A DNA stretch of 64,000 nt from Candidatus Caldarchaeum sp. Lineage in GTDB: Archaea > Thermoproteota > Nitrososphaeria_A > Caldarchaeales > Caldarchaeaceae. A program made the position numbers and the translations under genes. The notes beneath the pieces are model-generated. The model worked only from the letters and a program-made list of their open reading frames with translations. It made no database searches and was not told the DNA's origin. Positions 1-9,563 of this stretch are shown here, in pieces (position 1 is the first letter of the stretch; each line of letters opens with the position of its first letter). The stretch is from the NCBI GenBank assembly GCA_038885755.1, contig JAVZZH010000002.1, positions 96,001 through 160,000 of the forward strand. The letters are read 5' to 3'.

Positions 1-93
1 AACCCACCATCTAGGAATGGTAAGCGTGAAGCTGCCGCCTTTAATAAGCTGCAGGCTCCTTACATTCAGCCTCCGCGAATCATATTTCAACAT
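1..93 (-). CDS. N-terminus of AbrB-domain/PhoU-type regulator (runs off window start)
   Basis: Manual translation from ATG at 93: MLKYDSRRLNVRSLQLIKGGSFTLTIPRWWV, matching the R-x-x-Q...GGS...x-IP-x-xW start of archaeal AbrB-PhoU regulators; TTTTTATAAA TATA-like element at about 131-140. Confidence 0.6.
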   Translation of the reverse strand, partial: MLKYDSRRLNVRSLQLIKGGSFTLTIPRWWV

Positions 94-280
94 AGGGCCA
101 GCAATAAGACGGAACACGAACATCTAAACCTTTTTATAAAGCATGCAAACACCGTTCCCTTAAAAGAAAACAAAAAGGATAAACCACTCCCCAACATGTT
201 TCAAACATGGCTTCCAGCCTTTCGCACAGCGGCTCAAGACACGGGCTGGCGCAGAGGCCGGCGCCAGAGGTTGACCTGCG

Positions 281-928
281 ATGTTGGAGGCAGTTTTAGA
301 GCTCCGCATCCCCTACTACTGTTTCATGGCCGCCTCCAAGGATATTGACGGTGAAATATCCGTAGACGCGATACTTTACAGGGATGGATGTGTTCAGCAT
401 CTTCTGAGTATAAGGTGTAGAAAGGTTTTAGATAGAAAATCAGCCATACTCAACGTTCTTAGGAAATATCCTGCCAGCTTCTTCCATCTCACGAAGATCA
501 GTAGCAAAAGCTTCATAGCGGTCGCTGAAACCCATGCCTGTATGCTGTGCTCCAGCGCAATCGAGAACGGTTGTTTCATAGAGAGGGAGCAAAGCGATCG
601 AAACAATTCGTTCATGACATGGCGTGTCCTCTCACCTTCCCGTAAAAACCTCAACAACCTTGTGAGAGACCTTAAGACCTTCGGAGCGAATCCTAGCATA
701 CTTTACGTTGGTAAGCCGCGGCAGGGTAAGAACACGCTGACAGCTAAACAGGCACGTGCTCTCGAGACGGCTGCGAAACACGGCTTTTTTGAAACTCCCA
801 GACGTGTGTCAACCATTTCGTTGGCAGAGTTATTGAAAGTATCGCCGTCAACGTTCTCGGAAACGCTGAGAAGAGCCCTCAACAAAATAGTCAACAACTA
901 CATCAGCACAACACACGCCGTCGTATAG
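281..928 (+). CDS. HTH_10 (bacterio-opsin activator-like) transcriptional regulator
   Basis: C-terminal LTAKQARALETAAKHGFFETPRRVSTISLAELLKVSPSTFSETLRRA is the HTH_10 signature. Confidence 0.85.
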   Translation: MLEAVLELRIPYYCFMAASKDIDGEISVDAILYRDGCVQHLLSIRCRKVLDRKSAILNVLRKYPASFFHLTKISSKSFIAVAETHACMLCSSAIENGCFIEREQSDRNNSFMTWRVLSPSRKNLNNLVRDLKTFGANPSILYVGKPRQGKNTLTAKQARALETAAKHGFFETPRRVSTISLAELLKVSPSTFSETLRRALNKIVNNYISTTHAVV

Positions 929-1199
929 CAACGCCTTCAAAACGTCGACCGGGTTCTTGTAGCGGCCCGGTGCAGCCATCCAAACCGGCTAAAACCCTAA
1001 AAACTCCAGACAAAAGAGGCAACAGAGAATAAGGTTAGTGTTCCTCCATCTGTTCTCGGTAGCGGATGTCGTAGAGATTACAGGAACATGGACACAGATG
1101 TCTAGGACATGGTATAAAGCTAAGGAAAACTCGCGGGAAAAAGGGAGGACAGGAAACGAGTTTAACAGACTATGGAGATGGCGGATGTGATGACAGCCG

Positions 1200-1573
1200 A
1201 CAACACGGCAGACGACAACACTTTCCTACGTGGATTCTTTGATAGTGAAGGATGTGCAAGAAAGGAGAGATGGTTGTCGACAACGCCGACCTAAGATTGA
1301 TTAGATACGTCAAACAACTACTGTCTTTCCTAGGGATAGAGACGAACGGGCCACAGCCTAAAACGAAACATGGAACACCTTTCGTAGACCCGAGGAACGG
1401 AAAAACATACCCATGCAAAGAAGGATGTCTACCGTCTCTACGTCCCCGCTGACCATCGTCATCAATACTACAGATACGTTAGCTTAACAATCAGAAGAAA
1501 ACAGCGGAGGCTGGAGCAATACCCTACCAGAAGAGGACTGCTGACGCCACCAGCCAAACACCCCCCTCACTAA
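1200..1573 (+). pseudogene. Frameshifted stand-alone LAGLIDADG (DOD-type) homing endonuclease remnant
   Basis: FLRGFFDSEGC at 1223-1255, then NADLRLIRYVKQLLSFLGIET after a frameshift, then YRLYV...LTIRRKQRRLE to TAA at 1571-1573 after a second shift. Confidence 0.75.
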
Positions 1574-1590
1574 TCATGCTATTCATATTG

Positions 1591-1664
1591 TGGACCGGGA
1601 GGGATTTGAACCCTCGACCTACCGAGTGCAAGTCGGTCGTTCTTCCAGGCTGAACTACCGGCCC
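1591..1664 (-). tRNA. tRNA-Ala(TGC), intronless, CCA not encoded
   Basis: Reverse complement GGGCCGGTAGTTCAGCCTGGAAGAACGACCGACTTGCACTCGGTAGGTCGAGGGTTCAAATCCCTCCCGGTCCA folds as a cloverleaf; anticodon TGC; G3:U70 Ala identity pair. Confidence 0.97.
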
Positions 1665-1688
1665 TCTCGAAAACCATTATCTGTGTCG

Positions 1689-1703
1689 TATATTTAGGTT
1701 CTC
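1689..1703 (-). promoter_or_regulatory. BRE/TATA promoter of tRNA-Ala
   Basis: GAGAACC-TAAATATA on the minus strand 25-32 nt upstream of the mature tRNA 5' end. Confidence 0.55.
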
Positions 1704-1720
1704 GCGTGTTGACGATGCTT

Positions 1721-2090
1721 TCAACCGTGTTGTAGAACCTCCACCTCCGCTCCCTCGTCGTAGCCCTTAACCTCCTCGGGTACGACAGGCAGTCCGTTGG
1801 CGTTGGTGAGGGTTGAGAGGAGACCCGACCCAGTAAAAGGCTCCACGAGGACTCCGTCCTGCGTCCACGCAAGCCTTACACGCATGAAAAGCCTCGCCGC
1901 TGTATGGTTGACAACACGACTCGTGAGCTTGCCTCGGACCCTGCAGGGGCCGGGGCTGTTGTGGCCGTACTTAACGAAGAGTTGGAAACCGGTCAAGGCG
2001 GGTACGGGGTATCCTGAAAGCATGAAGACAGGCTTCCCGTCAACGACCCCGGCTACCACATCCTGACTCCTCCCCGGGTCGACTGGGCTT
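1721..2090 (-). pseudogene. moeA: Truncated MoeA C-terminal fragment (paralog of 3409..4674)
   Basis: GVVDGKPVFMLSGYPV...TGSGLLSTLTNANGLPVVPEEVKGYDEGAEVEV aligns closely with the C-terminus of the intact MoeA, with internal deletions and no N-terminal domains. Confidence 0.85.
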
Positions 2091-2311
2091 TACACAGCAC
2101 GCACATCAGGTGTCTCAATAACCTTGGTTTTCACCGTAAGCATGCTTGCATGGACAGCAGCCTGTCTGACCACGGTCGTCATTTTATTCAACCGGCAGGA
2201 CTTCTAATACTCCTTACGGCCGGCCAGCGTATGGCGGCCACTGAGACCCTAGCAAGCACGTGGTTCGTAATCCAAAAATGATTTAAGGAGGTTTTGCCAA
2301 ATGTTTAGTCA

Positions 2312-3124
2312 GTGACAAACGACGGCATATCCACCGTTGTCAGAGGCGTCAGATACGATGGAGAAGTCGTCGAGGACCACGTCGCTTTAGAGTTCCCTGT
2401 AAACATATACATCAACGACAAACATTTTGTCACGGTTTTTGCAACTCCTCACGAGCTTAGAGAAATGGTCATAGGCCATCTCCTCGGACACGGCATCGTC
2501 GACAGGCTGGAGCAGATCGTGGACTTGGCTGTAGACGGCCTCGACATACTAACCTACGTCAATGTCGATGAACGTGAGCTGGGTAGAAGGCTCGAAAAAC
2601 ATAAAGAGTTCAAGCTCATCCTCACATCATGCGGCTCTGTTGAAGACTATATCAGGGCTTTCGACAACCTCCACAAGCCGAGGGTTTATTCAGATTTCAG
2701 GATTTCGTCGGAACGGCTTCGCTCCATCGTGACAGAGTTTGGAAGACTGTCCAAGCACACGGTCTCGGTCCACTCAGCCGCGGTCTACTCGGACGTTGAG
2801 GGAAAAATCCTCGGCCTTTCAGAGGACGTCAGCAGACACGTCGCCGTTGACAAGATAGTAGGTAAGATGGTGTTGAAGAACGTTGACTTCTCAAAATGTG
2901 TTCTCCTGACTACAGGCAGGCAGGCCTCCGACATGGTTTTGAGGGCTGCACGCGTGGGAATACCGGTGACCGCCTCCCTCAGGGGGCCTATTTTCTCCGG
3001 GCTGTACGCGGCTTTGAAAAGCGGGATCACGATGGTTAGCATGGTTAGGGGAAAAGGTCTGACGATATACTCCTACCCAGAGAGAATAATTCATAATAGT
3101 GTGGAGGAGCAGCTGGTTAGCTAG
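2312..3124 (+). CDS. fdhD: Formate dehydrogenase accessory sulfurtransferase FdhD
   Basis: VALEFPVNIYIN, ATPHELREMVIGHL, TSCGS, HSAA, EDVSRHVAVDKIVG, LTTGR motifs. Confidence 0.9.
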   Translation: MTNDGISTVVRGVRYDGEVVEDHVALEFPVNIYINDKHFVTVFATPHELREMVIGHLLGHGIVDRLEQIVDLAVDGLDILTYVNVDERELGRRLEKHKEFKLILTSCGSVEDYIRAFDNLHKPRVYSDFRISSERLRSIVTEFGRLSKHTVSVHSAAVYSDVEGKILGLSEDVSRHVAVDKIVGKMVLKNVDFSKCVLLTTGRQASDMVLRAARVGIPVTASLRGPIFSGLYAALKSGITMVSMVRGKGLTIYSYPERIIHNSVEEQLVS

Positions 3125-3125
3125 C

Positions 3126-3353
3126 ATGTCGGAGCAGACACGCTCAGCTCTGAAGGTCTTCGGCATAAACGTGACAAAGCTGGAGGAAGCAGTCGAGAGG
3201 CTTGAGAGAGAACCGGACAAACACTCGGCGGAAAACTACGTCGAAGCCTCAAAACAGGTGAACGACAGCTTGGCCGAGTTGATGAGGCTTATTCTCCAGC
3301 TACATGAGAGGGGTGTTTCAGCGCTCACGAAGGCTTTGTCTGAAAAATCCTAA
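3126..3353 (+). CDS. Small helical hypothetical protein
   Basis: ORF MSEQTRSALKVFG... starts 1 nt after the fdhD stop; coiled-coil-like composition. Confidence 0.6.
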   Translation: MSEQTRSALKVFGINVTKLEEAVERLEREPDKHSAENYVEASKQVNDSLAELMRLILQLHERGVSALTKALSEKS

Positions 3354-3408
3354 ACCCTGTGAAACACTTAAATCAGCCGACGGTGTTTAACCCGTTTAGA
3401 ACGATCTT

Positions 3409-4674
3409 ATGAGCAGTAGGAAAATGTCCGGCTTCCCCACTCTAGCCAGCGTGGAGGAGGCTTTTTCAATACTTGTTAACAAGCTCGCGGTAAAAAACCC
3501 AGCCGTAGAGTATGTCCCGCTGGAAGAATGTCTGGGCAGGTTCTGTGGACAGGATGTTTTTTCACCAGCCAACGTTCCGCCGTTCGACAGGAGCGCCGTC
3601 GACGGCTACGCTGTCAAAGCATCGGACACCTTCGGAGCCTCCCCCACAAACCCTGTGGCGATGAAGCTGGTCGGCGTATCACACGCAGGGTTGAGGAAGG
3701 ATCTGACTCCTAAAATATCGTCGGGGCAGGCTGTCGAAATATACACTGGGGCGCCGGTTCCTGAAGGGGCTGACGCTGTCGTCATGGCTGAGTACTGTAA
3801 AAAATCCGGAGAGGGATACGTGGAAGTTTTCCGCCAAGCCCATCCATTCCAGAACATTTCACGGACGGGTGAGGATTTCAGGATGAGTGAGCTGGTGGTC
3901 GGCAGAGGCACAAGATTAAAGTCTTGGCACATAGGAGCTTTAGCATCCCTTAACATCGTAAAAATCCCCGTCTACCAAAGGCTCCGCGTCTCAGTCCTCA
4001 GCACGGGGAGCGAGCTTGTAGAACCAGGCCAGACACCTCGGGAAGACCAGATAATAAACAGCTCCAAACCCATGCTCAAGTCGCTGATTGTAGAGAACGG
4101 ATGCGTCCCCGTAGACCTAGGCACGGTCGAGGACGACGTCCAGCTTGTAGCGTCGAAGATAGCCGAAGGTGTGAACGTCTCCGACATCGTAATAGTCACC
4201 GGAGGCACAAGCATAGGAGAAAGAGACATAGTTCCCGACGCTGTGAACAAGGCTGGGAAGCCGGGAGTCATATTCCACGGGGTCAGGATAAGGCCTGCCA
4301 AGCCTACCGGAGCTGGAATAGTCGACGGAAAACCCGTCTTCATGCTCTCAGGGTTCCCTGTCTCGGCGTTGATCGGCTTCCAGCTGTTCGTGAAACCAGT
4401 CATAGACATGATGTATTGTCGCAGAAGCTCCGGAGCCTGTTTGGTTAGGGGTAGGCTGACCAGACGTGTGGCAAACCATACTGCGTCGAGGCTTTTCGTC
4501 CGCGTCAGGGTTGAAAAAACAGAGAGCGGGGTTGTCGTGGAGCCGTTGATGCTAACGGGCTCGGGTCTTCTTTCAACGCTGACGAAGGCGAACGGGCTGC
4601 TGGTCGTGCCCGAGGAAGTGGAAGGATACGACGAAGGCGAGGAAGTGGAGGTGCAGCTTCTAGAACATGACTGA
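3409..4674 (+). CDS. moeA: Molybdopterin molybdenum/tungsten transferase MoeA
   Basis: PPFDRSAVDGYAV, IYTGAPVPEGADAVVMAE, STGSEL, TGGTSIG, RPAKP motifs. Confidence 0.95.
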   Translation: MSSRKMSGFPTLASVEEAFSILVNKLAVKNPAVEYVPLEECLGRFCGQDVFSPANVPPFDRSAVDGYAVKASDTFGASPTNPVAMKLVGVSHAGLRKDLTPKISSGQAVEIYTGAPVPEGADAVVMAEYCKKSGEGYVEVFRQAHPFQNISRTGEDFRMSELVVGRGTRLKSWHIGALASLNIVKIPVYQRLRVSVLSTGSELVEPGQTPREDQIINSSKPMLKSLIVENGCVPVDLGTVEDDVQLVASKIAEGVNVSDIVIVTGGTSIGERDIVPDAVNKAGKPGVIFHGVRIRPAKPTGAGIVDGKPVFMLSGFPVSALIGFQLFVKPVIDMMYCRRSSGACLVRGRLTRRVANHTASRLFVRVRVEKTESGVVVEPLMLTGSGLLSTLTKANGLLVVPEEVEGYDEGEEVEVQLLEHD

Positions 4675-4690
4675 AAACAGGTGAAACCCG

Positions 4691-6652
4691 GTGGCGACCG
4701 TCTTCCACAACCTAGTCAGCGTCGAAGAAGCTTTGGAGATGATAGATGCCGCGCTAGGCGGGGTCAGGCCTCTTGGTGTAGAGAGGGTGAAAGTGAGCGA
4801 GGCTTTAGGCCGAACGCTTGCCGAAGACGTTGTTGCCGCGGCTGCTGCACCGCCTTTCGACAGGTCTACCGTAGACGGCTACGCTGTAGTAGCTTCAGAC
4901 ACATACGCAGCAACCGAGGAGAAGCCTATCACGCTGGAGGTTGTTGGGAAAGCCGAGGTCGGCCGCGTATACGAAGGCTTTTTAGAGAAAGGAAAATGCG
5001 CCGAGATATCGACTGGCGCAGCCATACCGCGGGGAGCCAACGCTGTGGTGATGGTCGAGTTCACCAAGAAGACCTCAGAAAACACCGTGCAAGTCTTCAA
5101 GCCAGTCTCTCCGAACGAGAATATAGCTCAAGCCGGGTCAGACATCTCCGTCGGCGACATAATCCTCAGAAAAGGCAGCCTGATAACTCCCCGGGAGATA
5201 GCTGTGTTAACTTCTGTGGGGCTTGAGGAAGTTCCTGTCTACAGAAAGGCTAGGGTCGCGGTCTTCTCCACCGGAAACGAGGTCGTTGAGGTCGGCAAAC
5301 CTCTTGACCTAGGAAAAATCTACGACGTCAACGGCCCAACGTTGACCGCCATGCTCGCCGAGGCCGGAGCCGATGCAGATTTTCTCGGAATAATCCCCGA
5401 CGACCACGACTTGATGCTGAAGCGTATAAGCCAAGCTCTCGAGGCCGGCTACGACATGATCGTCACTTCAGGAAGTACTTCAGCAGGCTTCGGAGACATG
5501 ATATACAAAGTTTTCAGAGAGTTGAGCGGCGGCAAAGTCCTCGCTCACGGGCTGAAGGTCAGACCCGGCAAACCAACCGCCGTCGCCGTGGCTGGAGGAA
5601 AGCTGCTGATAGGGCTGCCGGGATTCCCTCTGTCGGCGATGATGGTTTTCATGAAGCTCGTCAAACCAGTCATCCAGCGCATGTGCGGTACAAACACCTC
5701 GGCGTCGAAAACAGTGAGGGCCAAAATCCCATTCAAGGTAGACGCTGGAAAAGGCAAGCTGGAGATGTTGCCCGTCCAGATAGTGTCGACAGGAAGCGAG
5801 AACGTTGCATATCCCTTGCTCGGGCATTCAGGGTCTACGTATGTTTTATCGGTCGCCGACGGCGTGGTAGAGGTGGCTGAGAACAAGGAGTTTCTCGACG
5901 AAGGTGAGGAAGTTGAAGTCAGCCTTCTCTCAGACAGGATAAAACCCGCCGAGCTCTTCATAATCGGAAGCCACTGCCCTGGAATCGACATACTTTTAGA
6001 GGAGGCTGGTTTACTTGAGACAAAAGTTGTGAACGTTGGCTCGGTTGCTGGATGGTATGCGGTTAAGCGTGGAGAAGCCGACTTGGCTGGAACGCATTTG
6101 CTGGATGAAAGGACGGGCGAATACAACCGTCACATGCTGGAAAGGCTTAGCCTGAAAGACAAGGCTGTTCTTGTCAGAGGGTACGCGAGGAGGATTGGCT
6201 TCGCGACAAAGAAAGGAAACCCGCTCAGAATCAAGTCCTTCGAAGACCTTCTGAGAAAAGACATAATGTTTGTCAACAGGGTTAGAGGCTCTGGGATAAG
6301 AGCTCTCCTCGACATAAGGTTCGCCGAGCTCGGCGTGCAAGAACCTTTAAAACAGGTCAAGGGATACGACTACGAGGTTAGAACGCATACAGGTGTTGCG
6401 GCAGCAGTAGCTCAGGGAAGAGCCGACGTGGGAATAACGCTCGAAGCCGTAGCCAAACACTATGGATTAGACTTCATCCCAATAGGTGATGAAATGTTTG
6501 ATTTTGCTGTCTCCAAACAGAGGATGGACAAGAAACAGGTTAAAAAATTTATAGAAACACTGTCCTCAAAAAAGTTCGGCGAAAAGCTGCAGAAAACACT
6601 GCCGGGATACCGTGTAGTAAATGAGACGGGAAAAGTCCTCGAAATCAAATGA
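4691..6652 (+). CDS. moeA: MoeA fused to a C-terminal periplasmic-binding-protein (LysR substrate-binding-like) domain
   Basis: MoeA motifs PPFDRSTVDGYAV, STGNE, RPGKP, GLPGFP, followed by GSHCPG...GEADLAGTHLLD...FVNRVRGSGIR...THTGVAAAVAQGRADVG. Confidence 0.93.
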   Translation: MATVFHNLVSVEEALEMIDAALGGVRPLGVERVKVSEALGRTLAEDVVAAAAAPPFDRSTVDGYAVVASDTYAATEEKPITLEVVGKAEVGRVYEGFLEKGKCAEISTGAAIPRGANAVVMVEFTKKTSENTVQVFKPVSPNENIAQAGSDISVGDIILRKGSLITPREIAVLTSVGLEEVPVYRKARVAVFSTGNEVVEVGKPLDLGKIYDVNGPTLTAMLAEAGADADFLGIIPDDHDLMLKRISQALEAGYDMIVTSGSTSAGFGDMIYKVFRELSGGKVLAHGLKVRPGKPTAVAVAGGKLLIGLPGFPLSAMMVFMKLVKPVIQRMCGTNTSASKTVRAKIPFKVDAGKGKLEMLPVQIVSTGSENVAYPLLGHSGSTYVLSVADGVVEVAENKEFLDEGEEVEVSLLSDRIKPAELFIIGSHCPGIDILLEEAGLLETKVVNVGSVAGWYAVKRGEADLAGTHLLDERTGEYNRHMLERLSLKDKAVLVRGYARRIGFATKKGNPLRIKSFEDLLRKDIMFVNRVRGSGIRALLDIRFAELGVQEPLKQVKGYDYEVRTHTGVAAAVAQGRADVGITLEAVAKHYGLDFIPIGDEMFDFAVSKQRMDKKQVKKFIETLSSKKFGEKLQKTLPGYRVVNETGKVLEIK

Positions 6653-6828
6653 AAAACATACAGGCATTTTCCTCTGCCACCGATCCATCGTAAAAGCTAA
6701 ATCAACTATGAACGTCTCAGCCGCGATGCATCATGTTACCTAATTGCGGCAACACACTTTAACATGTCGCCAAACTTTAGGTAAAGCATAAGATATTAGG
6801 AGGGTGTTTTGAAACAGTTGGTAGGCCG

Positions 6829-7620
6829 TTGCATGGATTAAAGCCTGACATAATCAGCCCGGAAAGACTGTTGGACAACCTTGATGATTACATCCTGATC
6901 GATGTGAGAAGGTTTATCGAATACAAGACAGGGCATATCCCGAACGCGCTCCCCTGCTCCTTCACACATTTCATAAAGATATGGGGTGTGTCTCTCCTAC
7001 CAGCTGACAGCGAAGAACTTGTCCGAAACCTTTCCAGGCTGGGTGTCGACATGGACAGGACGATAGTTGTTTATGACAATTTCTACGGAAGGCATGCGGC
7101 TCGAGCTGTCTACACGCTCGAGCTTCTCGGCTTCAGCAAGCTTGCGCTGCTCGACAGAACTTTCGAAGAATACGTGGCTGGTGGATACCCTGTGACAGAC
7201 GAGAAGCCGGTCTACAAGCCGTCGGAGCTTCCGAGACTCCAATACGATGAAAGCCGTCTCCTGACAAGAGAGAAGATCGCAAGCCTCATCCAAGAGTGGG
7301 ATGGCTCGGCTGCGATAGTGGATTCCCGGGACGCAGCCGACTACGGGTTTGGCCACATACCTCACGCGATAAACATTCCATGGCACAACATCTACGCTTC
7401 CAAGGGATTGTTTAACATCGAGGCTGTCAGAAAAGCTGTGGAAGCCAACGGCCTCTCAGGGTTTAAAACCGTCATCTGCTACTGCGAGGAGGGGACGAGC
7501 TCTTCTCTCGCGATGTACGCTTTCAGGCACGCGGGCCTGCTCAGTACGCATACATACCTAGCCTCATACCCCGACTGGGTCGGCACACTCCAAACCCCGG
7601 TCGAGAAACAAACCCGGTAA
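6829..7620 (+). CDS. Tandem-domain rhodanese / thiosulfate sulfurtransferase
   Basis: IDVR..EYKTGHIPNA, VVYD, VDSR..DYGFGHIPHA, catalytic YCEEG, Y-x-x-SY-x-DW. Confidence 0.88.
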   Translation: MHGLKPDIISPERLLDNLDDYILIDVRRFIEYKTGHIPNALPCSFTHFIKIWGVSLLPADSEELVRNLSRLGVDMDRTIVVYDNFYGRHAARAVYTLELLGFSKLALLDRTFEEYVAGGYPVTDEKPVYKPSELPRLQYDESRLLTREKIASLIQEWDGSAAIVDSRDAADYGFGHIPHAINIPWHNIYASKGLFNIEAVRKAVEANGLSGFKTVICYCEEGTSSSLAMYAFRHAGLLSTHTYLASYPDWVGTLQTPVEKQTR

Positions 7621-7767
7621 ACGCCTTCAGCCAGCGAAGATGGATAGGATGACCGAATAATCTCTATACACCGGCGCATCCCTCATGTAAATCATCCATC
7701 TCCATAAACATCAAAAAAGCCTTTAACATTGAATAGCTTTAAATTGGTTCAGCGCCATCCCTATTAC

Positions 7768-8616
7768 ATGAAAGTCTTCAGTCTTCTAACGATGGTTCTT
7801 CTGACAACGGGGTTGATTGTTGCTTCTTCAGGGGTTGAAGCAGGCGCTGGGTCGTTCTTCAGCTACACCTACGCACTGTCCTTAGAGTCGGGCAGGAGTG
7901 TGTCGGGGTCGATTTCCTCAACTGTTGTTGAAGTTTTGGGCGATGGACGTATCAGGCTTAGGCTTGAATCTTCCTTCAACGACGGGCTGGCGACGCTGGA
8001 GAAGAACATGCCCGGCGAAGCGTTCAAGCCTTTCATCCTCGACCTTGGAGGAATGGAAGGCAGGTACAGCCTACGCAGAGAAAACTTCAGCATGACAGTC
8101 TCGGTGGTTAACGCCGGCGAGGGAAGCGTAGTGGTTGGAGGAAGAACCTACGGAACCGAGAAATACATTGTTTCAGCGCTCGTCGAAAGGCTTGGCAGAA
8201 CCGTCTCGGTCGAAGCTGAAGCCGAGGTCGTCAAAGGCTCGGCGGTTGTCTACAGGCTTACAGCCAGCTTCTCAGAGGACGGTCGACGCAGCGGCGCGTT
8301 CACGCTACAGCTCACAGACACAAACACCGACCTAACAGCCTTCACGCATCACGGAAGCAGCGCTGCACAACTCTCCCAACTAGCATCCCTAGCCCTCTCC
8401 TCAGGAGCGCTGGACCGAGCAGACATACCCACAGCACTCCTCCAACAACCACTCAACACAAGCCCTACTCAAAGCACAGCCAACGAAGGCGGGACCGAGA
8501 GAATAGCTCTGTTCGGTCTGGCGGGAGTATCGGCTCTAGCTGCAACGGGCCTGCTGGGTTTCAGAGCTCGAAAAACACCGTCCACAACGTATGAAAGAAA
8601 GCCCCACTATGTTTGA
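7768..8616 (+). CDS. Exported beta-rich protein with signal peptide and C-terminal membrane anchor
   Basis: N-terminal MKVFSLLTMVLLTTGLIVAS; S/T/Q/P-rich linker; TM IALFGLAGVSALAATGLLGF followed by a basic tail. Confidence 0.65.
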   Translation: MKVFSLLTMVLLTTGLIVASSGVEAGAGSFFSYTYALSLESGRSVSGSISSTVVEVLGDGRIRLRLESSFNDGLATLEKNMPGEAFKPFILDLGGMEGRYSLRRENFSMTVSVVNAGEGSVVVGGRTYGTEKYIVSALVERLGRTVSVEAEAEVVKGSAVVYRLTASFSEDGRRSGAFTLQLTDTNTDLTAFTHHGSSAAQLSQLASLALSSGALDRADIPTALLQQPLNTSPTQSTANEGGTERIALFGLAGVSALAATGLLGFRARKTPSTTYERKPHYV

Positions 8617-9563
8617 GGAGAACATGGTTGGACACGGTTGTGTCGGTCGAGGCGTTGGTCAAGGTCTACGGCGACAAAGGCAGGGTCGGGCCCATCTCGC
8701 TGAGCATGCAGAAGGGTGAGGTCTACGGCCTCGTTGGACCCAACGGCTCAGGCAAGACAACCACTCTGAGAGCCATCCTCGGCCTCCTGAAGCCGACGAC
8801 CGGCAAAGTATCTGTCTTCGGCTTAGACCCATTCAACGAGCCCGAGAAAGTCAACCAGCTAGTCGGATACTCGGCCGAGATACCTGTCTTCCCGCCCTTC
8901 TTCACAGCCCGAAAACTCCTTGAACTAACCTGCCGTATCAAGGGGACCTCGCCCGTCAAAGACGAAGTCAACAGAATACTCGACTTGACCGGGCTTGTAA
9001 ACCACGCCGACAGAAAAATAGGAAACTTCTCGAAAGGAATGGTGCAGCGTCTCTCAATAGGCCAGGCCCTCGTCGGAGACCCTGATCTCCTGATCTTGGA
9101 TGAGCCGATGCTGGGAGTAGACCCCGTGGGTAGAGCCCACATAAGAGAAGTTCTGCAGCATCTCCGACGTCGGGGAAAGACTATTCTTTTCTCGTCGCAC
9201 GAGCTGTACGAGGTTGAGAGGCTTGCGGACAGAGTCGGCATGGTCTACCTAGGCAAAACCGTGATGGAGGGGTCTCTAGACCAGCTCCTGTCCCGCAACG
9301 GCTTCCGCCGAGCCGTCCACGTCGTAGCTAAAAAGCAGGCCGACATGAAGCTGGTCTCGGCAATCAGAAGGATTGAGGGCGTTAAAGAAGTCCAAGCCGA
9401 TGGAACGGTCTTAACGATTGAGCTGGACGGGGTGAACGACCCGAGGGACAGGATAGCGGAGACGGTGGTGGGTTCAGGATACGGCCTCGTCGAGATGAAG
9501 ACTTCAGGGTCTTCGCTCGAGCAGGTGTTCATCGAGATGGTGAGAAATGACACGGCTAGCTAG
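8613..9563 (+). CDS. ABC-2 type exporter ATP-binding protein
   Basis: Walker A GPNGSGKTT, signature FSKGMVQR, Walker B LILDEP, SSH switch. Confidence 0.93.
   Translation: MRRTWLDTVVSVEALVKVYGDKGRVGPISLSMQKGEVYGLVGPNGSGKTTTLRAILGLLKPTTGKVSVFGLDPFNEPEKVNQLVGYSAEIPVFPPFFTARKLLELTCRIKGTSPVKDEVNRILDLTGLVNHADRKIGNFSKGMVQRLSIGQALVGDPDLLILDEPMLGVDPVGRAHIREVLQHLRRRGKTILFSSHELYEVERLADRVGMVYLGKTVMEGSLDQLLSRNGFRRAVHVVAKKQADMKLVSAIRRIEGVKEVQADGTVLTIELDGVNDPRDRIAETVVGSGYGLVEMKTSGSSLEQVFIEMVRNDTAS

Noticed and set aside
958-992. tRNA-like fragment or att site near 960
   Set aside because: No T-loop TTCRA and no match to the tRNA-Ala 3' end
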